Below are positions 36,804 to 48,202 of a stretch of DNA of 64,000 bases, piece by piece. The notes under the pieces are model-generated. The model had not been told where the DNA came from, made no database searches, and worked only from the letters and a program-made list of their open reading frames with translations. Source of the DNA: Cladosporium halotolerans. Taxonomy: Eukaryota. The stretch's first letter is position 1, and each line of letters starts with the position of its first letter. The position numbers and the translations under genes were made by a program. The stretch spans positions 124,001 to 188,000 of the forward strand of contig NW_027191478.1 of assembly GCF_011745625.1 (NCBI RefSeq). Reading direction: 5' to 3'.

Positions 36804-39319
36804 ATGATTGCTAGCGAGCCCCCTCGACCTGAAGATTCGGCTGCGGCTTCCCGGCATCATGAAACGGAGACGAAAAACACGCCCCAGCACAGAATTACAG
36901 CAATAGCGGACGAGAACGATTTTGAGAAGCCACCATTTCTTTACACGACTGAGGCCAATAGCGAGCATGAAGATGCAATTGACGATGACGATCCCCGGGT
37001 CCGAGATATACCCCCATACGTGCGTCGCGTCGTGAGCTTCACAGACGACCCCGAGCTTCCGACCTTGACCTTTCGCTACTTCGTCTTAACGATAGTATTT
37101 GTCGTTCCTGGTGCTTTCCTCAGTATGCTTTCGCATTTTAGAAGTACCAGCGCGCCTTATAGTATCTTTTTTGTGCAGATCGCGTCAAGCTACGCCGGAG
37201 ATTGGCTGGCCAGAGTGCTGCCCAAGCGGAGCATTCGTTTCCCTTTCACTACTAGGTCTTTCTCCATGAACCCAGGGCCATTCAGCGTGAAAGAACACGT
37301 ACTTATCACCATCTCGGCTGCATCTGGAGCGACCTACAACCTTGGCTATGCTCCGGTTTCGATGGCGGAGCTTTACTTTGACTCACGGATGCATCCGATG
37401 GTCGCGATCTTTTTCATGTGGGCGATTGTCTGGACTGGTTACAGCTTTGCCGCGATCGCTCGGCAATTTCTGATCTACGATCCCCAATTCCCATGGTTTA
37501 CATCGTATGTGATCCGTTGGTAACGATGTTTTGGTTTCCTCCGCTAACTTACACTCAAGGCTGTGTCAGACCGCTCTATTTGAAATGCAGAAGAAGCAGA
37601 GACAAAACCCAACGCAGGAATCTCGCAAACAGACCAAAGTCTTCTGGCTGGCCCTGCTCGGCATCATCCTTTGGCAATTCCTACCTGAATTTGTCTTCCC
37701 CATGCTCGGATCCCTCGCCTTCTTATGCTGGGTTGCACCACGCAACCACGTTGCAAACTTTATCGGAGCAGGATTCGGTGGCATGGGCTTCTTGAACCTC
37801 AGCCTTGACTGGTCCAATATATCCTCTAAAGGGAGCCTCTTCCTAAACCCTTGGTGGACCCAAGTTGTCATCTTTTGTGGCTTCGCCTTTAGTTGTTGGG
37901 TGTTGATGCCCGCGGCCAGGTTTGGCAATCTGGGCGAGTGGAAAGATCATTTGCAGTCTAATCGATTGTTCCTCGGTGAGTCCTAACTGAATGGTAATGC
38001 CACAGAACGAGATGCTGACTTGCCTTTCAGAGAATGGGACTTCGTACCCGATTACAAGTCTTCTCACATCTCAGATCACGCTCAACGAGACCATGTATGC
38101 GGAACTTGGACCTCCTTTTGTCAGCACTCAAGTGCTATCAAATATGTTCTTCGACTATGCTGCATACACTTCCGCGATCGTCTGGATGGTGTACTTCGGT
38201 TGGAAACAATTGCATACGAGCTTATCCAAGGTGAAAGAGCGCATGAAAAGCAAGGGCGCCCGCATCAGCGAGCAATACAATGACCAATTGAGTATCTTGC
38301 AACGGTCTTATGACGAAGTACCGTTGTGGTGGTTTGGAGCGCTCTTCGGTGTATCGTTCGTATCACTGATCACGATGATCGCCTGTGGCAAGCTGTACAT
38401 TCCAGTCTGGACCTACTTCGTTGCTGTTGGCACCGGTGCAGTCATTGTGGTGCCCCTTGGCTGGCTGTACGCGCTATCCAATTTCCAGCTACCCATTGGG
38501 ACAGTCAATGAGCTCCTCTACGGCCTCATGGTGAACTCCATCGGCGGGTTCAAAAACCCAGTCGGTGCATCTGTGTACGGAAGCATTGCCGGCAATGCAT
38601 GGTACCGCGCCCAGTACAACCTCCAAGACATGAAGATCGGACACTACATGCACATACCGCCGAGAGCCGTCTTCTTCTCGCAGGTTTTCGGCTCCTTTCT
38701 CGGCATCCCCGTCAACTACGCTGTCATCCGGTGGGTGCTTGACACCAAGGCGGATTACATATCTGGCAAATTGACTGATCCCACGCACCAATGGACGGGT
38801 CAGGAGCTTGCCAGCAGCCTTACTACGGCCGTGCAATATGTCATGATAGTAAGTGGTCCCCCTTTGGAGGTTTGCATGGGCTCGTTGCTAACCCTCCCAC
38901 AGGGCCCCAACCGCCTGTTCCAGCAGCACATCTACCACTATCTGCCTCTCGGCTTCCTGGTGGGCGCTGCAGCTCCCATCTTTATCTACACCCTACATAG
39001 CCTCTTCCCACGCGCCAAATTCCAGCTCTGGAACACGACCATTTTCTTCAGCACGGCGGCGCACTTTTTCGGCAACGTCAGCACGGGCTACACGAGCAGC
39101 CTGATCGGCGGCTTTGTGGTGATGTTCTGGGCGTACCGCTACCGGTACACGCTATGGGCGCGGTGGAACTACATCTTAGCTGCGGCGTTCGATGCTGGCT
39201 TCAACTTCAATATGCTACTAGTCTTCCTCTTCTTTGGGGCCGGCAAGATTGTTGTCATGCCGCACTGGTGGGGCAACAGAGAGGATAGTAGTGAGAGGTG
39301 CTTTGCGCTAAGCAGCTAA
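36804..39319 (+). CDS. OPT-family oligopeptide transporter
   Basis: DDPELPTLTFRY, NPGPFSVKEHVLITI, WQFLPEFVFPML, QDMKIGHYMHIPPR, WNYILAAAFDAG. Introns 37505-37559, ~37976-38030 and ~38849-38902. Confidence 0.92.
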
Positions 39320-39413
39320 AGGATATGATCATAATTAGTCTAGCGACTATGAAATCTAGATGCCATCTAGTCTATGCGGCAGCCCAAATGCCTCTACATG
39401 ATCGGCGGGTCCC

Positions 39414-40178
39414 TCATTTTCCAGCCAAGTCCATAACACCAACATCTCTCAGCATCACGACCGCATCCGTCGGATTCAATCTTCGATAATACCCGGTCTC
39501 TCTATTGACCTCCCTAAAACCCCGCTTGCGATACCATTGCAGTCCTTCCTCGTTCGCCGTCCACACGTGCGCTCCCACGCTGGTAATCCCGTAGTCATCC
39601 ACCGCCGTCCGGATGAGGCTGTCGAGCATGTGTGCCGCAATACCGTGACTCCTGTACGGAGACAGCAAAACCAGAGTCGACAGGTAGAGCATCGGTCCAG
39701 TCTTGCGTGCTTTCGACGCCGATGCACCCGGCGGGTGGGCGAAGAGGCGGCATCTGATGGCACCGACAAGGCGACCCTTTTCCTTGCCAATGTCGGAAGG
39801 CGAGTCGTGCCAGAGAGCCATGAGGGTGATGCTGCGATCTACGGGCTCTGCGAGGATTTCTTTGTAGAAGCTTTCCGGGTAGGGAATGGGGAGCAGCAGG
39901 CTGTTAAGCTTCTTGAACGCTGGCATGTCTTCTTTCGTGGGCCCGCGGATTTCTACATTTGGGGGCAGGCGAGGCTTGGAGCCCTTCAGGAATAAGGTTT
40001 CTGCATCGCTAGAACCATTTTCGCGAGTCTGTTCATGTTCAGGCTTTGCTGCTTCTGGTGGTGGTGGCGATGTGGGCGGCTCAGCTGGCTGCTGTTTCGT
40101 AGCCGATGTATCGACAGGCGGAGGCTCTTTGACAGCAGCAGGCTTGCCCAGCCATGTCATGAGCGAGGACTGCGGCAT
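39414..40178 (-). CDS. GNAT acetyltransferase, Naa50/Nat5-like
   Basis: LNSLLLPIPYPESFY, LYLSTLVLLSPYRSHGIA, HVWTANEEGLQWYRKRGF, YYRRLNP. Confidence 0.85.
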   Translation of the reverse strand: MPQSSLMTWLGKPAAVKEPPPVDTSATKQQPAEPPTSPPPPEAAKPEHEQTRENGSSDAETLFLKGSKPRLPPNVEIRGPTKEDMPAFKKLNSLLLPIPYPESFYKEILAEPVDRSITLMALWHDSPSDIGKEKGRLVGAIRCRLFAHPPGASASKARKTGPMLYLSTLVLLSPYRSHGIAAHMLDSLIRTAVDDYGITSVGAHVWTANEEGLQWYRKRGFREVNRETGYYRRLNPTDAVVMLRDVGVMDLAGK

Positions 40179-40405
40179 GTCCGAGACTCATCATGGCAAG
40201 CGTGGCAAGCAAGTCTGCTATCAGATCGAGGACGAAGTCGATGCGGCGGCGGCGGGTTGTGCGGTCGGTCACTGGGGCAAGTGGGGAGGGCTCAAGAAAC
40301 GGCGGGTCTACCCGGTCAGCACGCGAGCCAGGCCAAACTTCACCTCCGCGCTCGCCCGAGTTCGAGGTCCAGCGTCACGGCGACAGTTGCATATCACTCG
40401 TTGAG

Positions 40406-41122
40406 ATGGGTAACGGCGCTTCCAAGCCCGAGCAGCACGTATTCAACGCGTATGTTTCGTCATGTTGGGGAAGCCATTGGGTACTCAATACTAACATACA
40501 AGCAGAGACAGCCCTGTGCGCTTCAGCCAGAGCTTGATCGATTCCCTCCAGTCCAATCCTGAGGTACGCCGTCCGCCAACGTAAAAAACAACACAATTCG
40601 AACACCCATTGACAACTCCTCCCACAGACCGATAGCACACGCGCACAGGACCAGGAGTACAAGGTCCAGTCCCGCGTCAACGCCGAGCTCACGCGCATCC
40701 GCGACGCCGGCGCCCAGCAGCTTTCCGACCTCACCGCATCGCTCACCACGAACGTCGCAAGCGAACCCGAAGCGGTCGCCTCGTCAGAGCCCTCGCGCGA
40801 CCCCAACAGCCTCTTCTATCACCTCAGCTCTCCCTTCTACCAAGACCACAGCGCCGGCAAGCCCGCCGCCGCCGCACCCAGAACCGACTCCGGCCGTAGC
40901 CACGCCAGTGTGTCGCAACAGATCATGGACCTCAAGGCCAAGCTCGAGGCGCGCAAGCAGATCGAGAAGCCCTCGCCCGAAGTGGAGAAGGCGCGCGAGA
41001 ATGTGCAGAACTGCCTGAGGAAGAACGACCGCAGGCCTCTGGACTGCTGGGAGGAGGTTGAGCAGTTCAAGGCCGAGGTTGCCAAGATGGAGAAGGCCTT
41101 TGTCCAGAGGGCTGGACGATAG
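40406..41122 (+). CDS. MIC19: MICOS complex subunit Mic19 (DUF1690)
   Basis: Myristoylation-type start MGNGASKPEQHVF; PVRFSQSLIDSLQSNPE|TDSTR; C-terminal CLRKNDRRPLDCWEEVEQFK. Two introns (~40450-40505, 40564-40627). Confidence 0.9.
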
Positions 41123-41600
41123 AGGAAGAAAAGTTTGGTTCATGCGGAAGTACCGCACGGTAAGGGTTGAGACAGGACGGCCTGGGCCTGGGCCTGTACA
41201 ATACCCTAATAGATGGCTGTATCATAATGGCGGCTATGTACAGATGATTGAGAATTTCATTGCTGCTACCCCGGAATTTGAGCACATGTGATCTTATGCT
41301 CCATAGAGAATCGAACGTCTCCTATTCGAAGGTGTGCAGGCACGTAGCAAGGGGGCTCTTTCGCGGAGTATAAAGGTCGGTTTCAAGAGGGTAAGACGCT
41401 GGTAATATGGCGTCCAATTTTACTATAATACCGTGCTGAGGCCCACTCAAGGCCCTAATCCCGATTTCTACTCGGTGGTGTCACATTCACGAGACAGATT
41501 CGGAGATACAGTGGGCAGGTTTGTCAAAAGTGGTAGCATTATATTATCGAGATAATCGTAAGTCTCGTCATGTTGAATGTGCTAAACGCTCCACATTGTT

Positions 41601-43311
41601 CTACAGATTGTGTGCTGCCCCTGAACCGAGAGGACGTCTAACGAAATGGCTTCTTTCCCAACCATCGATCTCGTCATACGAGGTCTCTCTTACCAGCTCA
41701 TAGCGTCCAAGCTTGGGCAGGATGACCGCCCAGAACACCCAGTAGACGCCACCGCCGGCAATGATGCCCCAGCCGACGACGCAGTGCAAGTAGTATGGCA
41801 ATGACTCGTAGACAGAGTTATCGTCAGTGGGCGGAACAAACGGCGCGACGACGAGGTAGATGTTGCTGAGGAAGAAAAAGATCGCCACCGGCAGAGTGGC
41901 CCGGAAAGGCGGATTCCAGCCGTACGCGTCGCGGTGGGTGTAGAGCCAGATCAATCCGAATGCGACGAAGGCGTTGACGATGGCCAAAGGGTAGGAGATG
42001 ACGTTGAGGATAAAGTTGTAGGCGTCCCCAGGCGGAGGAGCCAGCATGATGATCACGGAAACGAGCCAGTGTTCGAACAGACCAGCAAGAGGGGCGTTGA
42101 AGGGCTTGTTGCTTGCCCAAAACCGGGAAAATGGGAGGATACCCTCACGGCCTAGCTCTTGCACGATTCTTCCCTGTGAGAAAATGACGCTCAAGACGTT
42201 GCCGAAGGCGGAGAGGGCGACGAAGACGGAGAGGGCACGCTCTGCTTTGGCGCCCATGACGTTGCGGAAGAACGAAGCAGCAAGGATGCGGCCGGATGAG
42301 AGTATTTCATCTTTGGGCACAGCCGCGAAGTATGCAACGTTGGCAAGCATGTATAAGATGGCAACGCCTCCAAGTGCCAGAGGTGCTGCAAGCTTGAGCG
42401 TCCGTACGGGGTTCTTCGTCTCAGCCAACGCATAATTAGCATTGCTGTATCCAATGTATGACCAGATAACGTTGTAGATCGCTGTAACGACGCCGTACGC
42501 ACTACCGGTGGTTCCCTCGAAGGCGTTGTCAAAATTGTGCGGGTTTTCGACTTTGATGGCACCTCCGAGAGCAGCCCAACCGGAAACGACAATGATCAGA
42601 AGAATAGCCAGTTTGATGAAGCCAAGTAAGTTCTGCAGTCGAAGTCCCCATTTAAGCGCCAGACCATGGATCAAGAAGGCAGAAGTAATGCAAGCGAGAC
42701 CAACACCGCGTTGATTCCATCGATTGACCTCAACATTAGCAGCGTGAAGGATGTACTCTCCGAAGACGACTGAGTTGCTTCCGGCCCAGCCTGGAAGATG
42801 TTAGTGAAATTGCAGGTATGTTTGAGCAATGGCCTCTTACCTAGAAGCACCACGTAGCCGGTGTAAAGACCTGTCGCAAGAAAACGCGGCTTCTTATAGC
42901 AGAATTCAAGGTAACGGAGCTCGCCACCGTTCTTTGGTATTCCAGTGCCAAATTCCAAGTACACTGCCATACCTGCAGCGGCGATGATACTGCCCGCTAC
43001 CCAGAGGAACAGTGCCAGACCAACGCTGCCCGAGAGTGACAAAATACTACTGGGAGTTGCGAAGATACCAGTTCCAACCATTCGATTGAAGACCAGGAAT
43101 GCCGCAGACAAAACGCCAATTTGTCTTTTGTCCGAAGCTGCTTTGGCATGCTCGCCATTTACTATGACATGGAGTCAGTCAAATCAATCCTACCGATATT
43201 TCATTGACGTGATAACTGACGGGAGTCATCGTCGCTGTTGTTGCTGCCATCATACACGGGCTCTGCTGCCACTCCTGTACCGAACACCTTTGATTCCTTG
43301 ATTGGAGCCAT
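41601..43311 (-). CDS. APC-family amino acid permease, methionine permease (Mup1)-like
   Basis: KRQIGVLSAAFLVFNRMVGTGIFATP, YLEFGTGIPKNGGE, WSYIGYSNANY, QELGREGILP, APPPGDAYNFI. Introns 43162-43220 and ~42790-42840. Confidence 0.9.
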
Positions 43312-44191
43312 CTTAGAGGACTCGGAGAAAGTACCGTATATCATCTCAAAGAAAAGCCTCCACACTAGCAGTGCGGACGTCAAAATATATTTATGAAAAT
43401 ATATCGCCAAGTACTTTGCCTACCTCAGCATATGTTGAGAAGGAGGTCTGGACACGGACTCGTCAGATGGCTTAACCATCGCGTCAACGCGAAGGAGCGC
43501 CATGTTGTTACGAGAAAACACGGGCCGCGAGGTACTTCGGCCTTGGAATGAGTCAGATACGGTATAGTGACCGGTCGAGTAGAAGGGCCGAGCGGTTCAA
43601 GGCTCGCTTTTTCTCTTGGTGGTGCATTCGTCAGTGGAGGCGACAAGCACGCAATTCGGCAGAGATTTTCATTGGGATGGGCTTACAGTACTGTAAATGC
43701 GTCGATGTGATGAGTATTACTCATTTCTTGCATCAAATCCAGGGCACTGCTTGAAGGCCAAGGCACGCAAGGGTCCGTGGGATGGCGCCGAAACTTTGAC
43801 AACGTTGGGGGCCGTCCAATCTCTTCGACCGTGGGGTTCGGAGACAGGTGAATATGTGCGCTAGAGCATGTGGAGGCCCCGGAGACCACCATCACATCAT
43901 TTTTCGCTTACCGTGCGATGTAACACCGCTTCAAGCAATGCAACATGACGGGCTGGGCTTTCCCTCAGGCGCAGGAAAGTGGCGTTCTACCATCCAAGTC
44001 GGTTTCTTTGATGAAAAGCAGTTGCTTAGCGATTTCTCAGAGCCGCTGTTACCTCCACTTCTGGCAGCTCGACAGCGGTACGGTCACGGACATACGTGAA
44101 TAGTGAGAAACTATTCAGAAAATCGCTGGATTGAGGAACATCCGATACTATGCCCCCCAACGTAAGCTCACTTGAATCATGCCATCTGCCT

Positions 44192-45526
44192 TTACCATGC
44201 AGTATACCCTCCATCAATGACCAATGACGATCCCGTCATGAAAGAAGACGCGTCGCTTAGCATAAAGAGAGCCGCACCACGGTACTCCTCCGGCTGGGAA
44301 AGGCGGCCGAGCAGATTCTCGCTTTCCCACAGGGCCTTTAGGTGGGGTTCGTCCTCGAAGTTCTTCCTCACCATCTGCACGGCATGTCAGTCATATCCCT
44401 CTTACAAGAAGAATCAAAGTACTCACTGGAGTCATGATGTTGCCGGGACACAAAACGTTTACACGGATGGCCTTGCCGTTGACGACATTACTCCACTCCA
44501 TCGCCAGACTGCGACCCAGCTGAACCACTGCAGCTTTCGAAGAGTTGTAGACGCTCGTGCGCAGACCTTTGTTGGCGATGAACGCGCTCATTGATCCAAC
44601 AAGGACAATCGAGCCAACGCAATCGTATTTGACCATGTGACGGCAGCAGCTCACAGCTGAAAGGTAAACACCTTTGAAGTTGATGTTCATCATCTAGGCA
44701 CAAGTCAGCAACGTCCAGATATCACTATTGAAGTAAGAATCACCTCGGTGATCTTCTCCGGTGGGTAGTCTAGGGCTGGCGACACAAACTGCACTCCGGC
44801 GGCAGCAATCAGGCCATCCAGACGCTGATGTCCTGCAGCGATCGCGCCCACGGCTTCATCGAGTCCGGCAGCATCTTGGACATCGACTTGCCGGTAGTGG
44901 ATCGATCCTCCAAATTGACCGACGCGATCTTTTGTCTCATAAAACTCCTTCGCGGGCTCTGCGAGACGATCTACGCAGTATACTGTGACTCCGTCAGTTT
45001 TGCTGTTATCAGTCGAGGCATATCTGGCAGGTAATGCAAACCATGTCCGCCAGCCTCTACCAAAGCTTCGGCGAGTGTCAGGCCGAGTCCACGAGCACCG
45101 CCAGTGACAATGAAGACCCGATCGTCAAGCTATATTGTGTCAGCGCGGTTCCCATGAGCAGGAATGTTAAAAGAGAGGGTGTACCTCGAATTCTCGGAAG
45201 CGATGCTGTGTTTTTGTCTCGCTTTTGGACGGCAGCCTTTGCGCAATCGCAGATATGCCTCTAGCATTGTCCTCAATTACCTGGCTTTTCGCACATGGTG
45301 AAAGAGCTGTCGCTACTCTCCTGCCATCGCCGACTTCGCCATAGAGAGATCCCCGGAATGTGGTCGATGCTGTCGTGGTAAAGTTCCTGGTGGCCATGCT
45401 AGCCATGCACGAGGATAGCCATGCCAATCGGTTCGGGTTCCGGACCCTGATCGCGGTGGGGAAAGCTGCAGCTAGGGACCGAGTCGGCAGTCGAGTCAGG
45501 GTCGGTTGCAGCATTGTCAACGGCAT
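44192..45526 (-). CDS. Short-chain dehydrogenase/reductase (polyol/sorbose reductase-like) with a possible mitochondrial presequence; start uncertain
   Basis: Spliced exons give VTGGARGLG, LDGLIAAAG, SMS, YNSSKAA, IRVNVLCPG, SSFMTGSSLVIDGGYTAW. Confidence 0.85.
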
Positions 45527-46079
45527 CTGAGAGACGCCTTGTTTTCAAGCGTCTGAGAGTTGGTGCAAGTGGGCAGTCAAGTAGTCGTGAGGAAGATGCA
45601 GGAGGGGGCTCAACCATAAGAGCCTGGTCAGGAGACATCGCTACACAGGCGGCGGCCGTGTAGCTGCAGTGTCACTTCCCATTCGATTCCAACAGGGCGT
45701 TACCTGGGATAGAGCAAGGGACCTGCGGACGCCACGCGGCGGGGTCTACCTTGGAGGTCACGATGCCCTCCCTGAAGGGGCATCGGAGCTGCATGTAATT
45801 ATTGAAGCCATGGTTCTGGAAGGCTTCCAAAGGGTCTCGGCGGTTGGGGAGAATGTGCATTCTGGTTTCTTGGGTGCGGCGGGATCCAGGATCCGGTGCG
45901 GGGCAATGTCCAAGGTCTCGACCCAGCTGACATTCAACGAGGGCTGCGGTCACGCACCAATCTCTGTGATGCAACAATTTGATAACTCGAAAGGAGCTCG
46001 CAGCCACCAATCGCTAGCAGGATCCAGGGCCAAAAGCAAGCGACTCCTTCTCTCGCCTCGTCGCTCGACTCTCAACAGA

Positions 46080-46511
46080 ATGGAGGGACGCTGCCAATGC
46101 GGACAAGTCACCTTCAGAACACCTTCAAAAGAACCGCAGCAACTCTTAATATGCCACTGTACAGAATGCCGACATCAAAGCTCCTCGACGTACGGTATGA
46201 CCGCCACGTTCCCGTACTTTGACATACTAGCACCGTTTGAGGGAGCCATTGCAGTCTATGCCAGACCCAACACCAAAGGCGAGACTCGCGGTTTCTTTTG
46301 CACCAAGTGTGGCGCTCGGTTGATGCATCAGTCTGTCTCGCGAGATGGCACGCCAGCTGCTTCTGTCAGTGTCAAGTCAGGGTGCCTCGATGGGATCACG
46401 AAAGAGATGATGCGATCTGCCAAACATATATGGACCAAGTCAGCCATCATCGACATACCAGATAATGCAGAAGCATACGAAGAAGAGCCACCGGGAGGTA
46501 GCTTCAGATGA
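46080..46511 (+). CDS. GFA/Mss4-like zinc-binding protein
   Basis: MEGRCQCG, CHCTECR, FFCTKCGARL, HIWTKSA. Confidence 0.9.
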   Translation: MEGRCQCGQVTFRTPSKEPQQLLICHCTECRHQSSSTYGMTATFPYFDILAPFEGAIAVYARPNTKGETRGFFCTKCGARLMHQSVSRDGTPAASVSVKSGCLDGITKEMMRSAKHIWTKSAIIDIPDNAEAYEEEPPGGSFR

Positions 46512-46589
46512 CACAAGGTATCACAGTAGAAAAGTCGCTTTTAGAGTTGTGGAGTCGTTCAAGCGTCTATATCTTCTGGTGTATATCCA

Positions 46590-47685
46590 TCACAATTTCG
46601 CCTGCGCATCGAAAAAGTGCAAATTTACCGGCGTCACCGCTTTGCCAGATTCGAAGAAACTCAAGATGTTCTCCATGCCCAAGCGCTCGAAGCCAATGTG
46701 GCTGTCGACGCTCGCTCCAGCAGTGTGACTTAGCATCTCGACATTCCTCATATCCGCGATCTTCTTGTTCACTGTGGGCTCGTTGAAGTGCACGTCAAGA
46801 CCAGCTGCAGCAAGCTGCCCGCTCTCTAACGCCTGAACCAAAGCATCCTCGTCGATGAGCTTGCCTCTGGCGATATTGATCAGCCTCGATCCCTTCTTCA
46901 TCTTGCCGATCTTCTCGGCATTGAGCACTGCTTCGCCACCGAAAGGCGTGGCGACCAAAACGCAGTCTGCCACGGCCAGCATGTCGTCCAGATTCTGGTA
47001 GAACTTCGCATCCACCTCTTGTTCTATACTCGAGGGCAGCTGGCGAATGTCGTTGTAGAGAATGCCCATGCCGAAGCTCTGGTGTGCTTTCTGAGCAATG
47101 CGGAAACCAATCTTGCCCAGCCCAATAATGCCTAAGCTGTGTCCATTCGGGTTGAAAGTGTTGGCCGCGATATTCTTCTGAGCATCTGAGAACCTAGCCG
47201 GGTCGCAGCTCCTGGCGGCTGTGTGCGACCACGTGAATGCGCGGAATGTCGAAAGGATGAGCCAAATGGCAGCGTCTGCCACGGACTCAGTGCACGCTGC
47301 ACCGGCATTGCAGTAGATGACACCACGCTTAGCGAGTGCTTGTGTGTCAACCCAGTCGAAACCAGCACCAGCTGAGGCGTAGATTTTGCAAGATAGAGGG
47401 AGAAGATCGCTGCGAAGACTGGTTAGCAACAGCCTAGATGTCCGGCAAGCGGCTGCCAACTCACATGAGCTCTTGATTCCACGGGCTCATTTCACCTCCG
47501 GTGTTCCAGAAAGGACGGTATATTGCAGCGAAGTCGCCAAACTTCTTGTCTTTCAATGCCTGCTTGAACTCTTCTCTTCCCATGGAATGGCTACGCTTGA
47601 TATCAAAGGTGTTCGAGAGCTTGGCGTAGAGTTCATGGTTCCACTTGATATCATCGCCGCAATGTAAGAGGATAGGCTTGCCCAT
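46590..47685 (-). CDS. D-isomer-specific 2-hydroxyacid dehydrogenase (glyoxylate reductase/D-mandelate dehydrogenase-like)
   Basis: ASAGAGFDWVD, LGIIGLGKIG, INIARGKLIDEDAL, GLDVHFNEP, SHTAG. One intron at ~47410-47465. Confidence 0.92.
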
Positions 47686-48202
47686 CTTGTCTAATTTGGG
47701 CCTGCGATCTGGAGCTGGAGAAAAGGCAAGAGTCGCAAGGATCGATGATTGAAAGCAATGGAGAGAAATCGAGTCAACAGTGAACGGCGAATGGCGAGTG
47801 AATCGGACATGGCAGCCATTGCCTTATACCCACAGGACATGGCCGAGGCCGAAGCGGTGACAGACCGAGATTCCCGACACTACCTCATGAAATTAGTAGA
47901 CGCGTCTCTTGCACGCGCAGAGGAGTTCAAAGAGCGCGATCAAGGTCGATGGCTCCAGAATGGTCGGAGAAAGTTGCGAGAAACGGCGTTTGACGGGAAG
48001 AATTGCCGCTTCAGCAAAGCCCGACTCGCAACCTCACCACTCGGCCGACACAACGGTACAGCATTGCCCGATCTGGCTACTCATTTGTAACGCAAGATAG
48101 CTCTTAGTCCGTTATCCAATACAACTGTACTCATGATACTGTAGGAAACCGTCAAAGAGATTGAGGTCATAAGACATTACTTTACGTAGGTACCTGGTAT
48201 GA

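Noticed and set aside
45669..46079. N-terminal extension of the GFA ORF (280 aa in the track)
   Set aside because: The track ORF starts at GTG and this part looks like intergenic sequence. The domain starts cleanly at the ATG at 46080.
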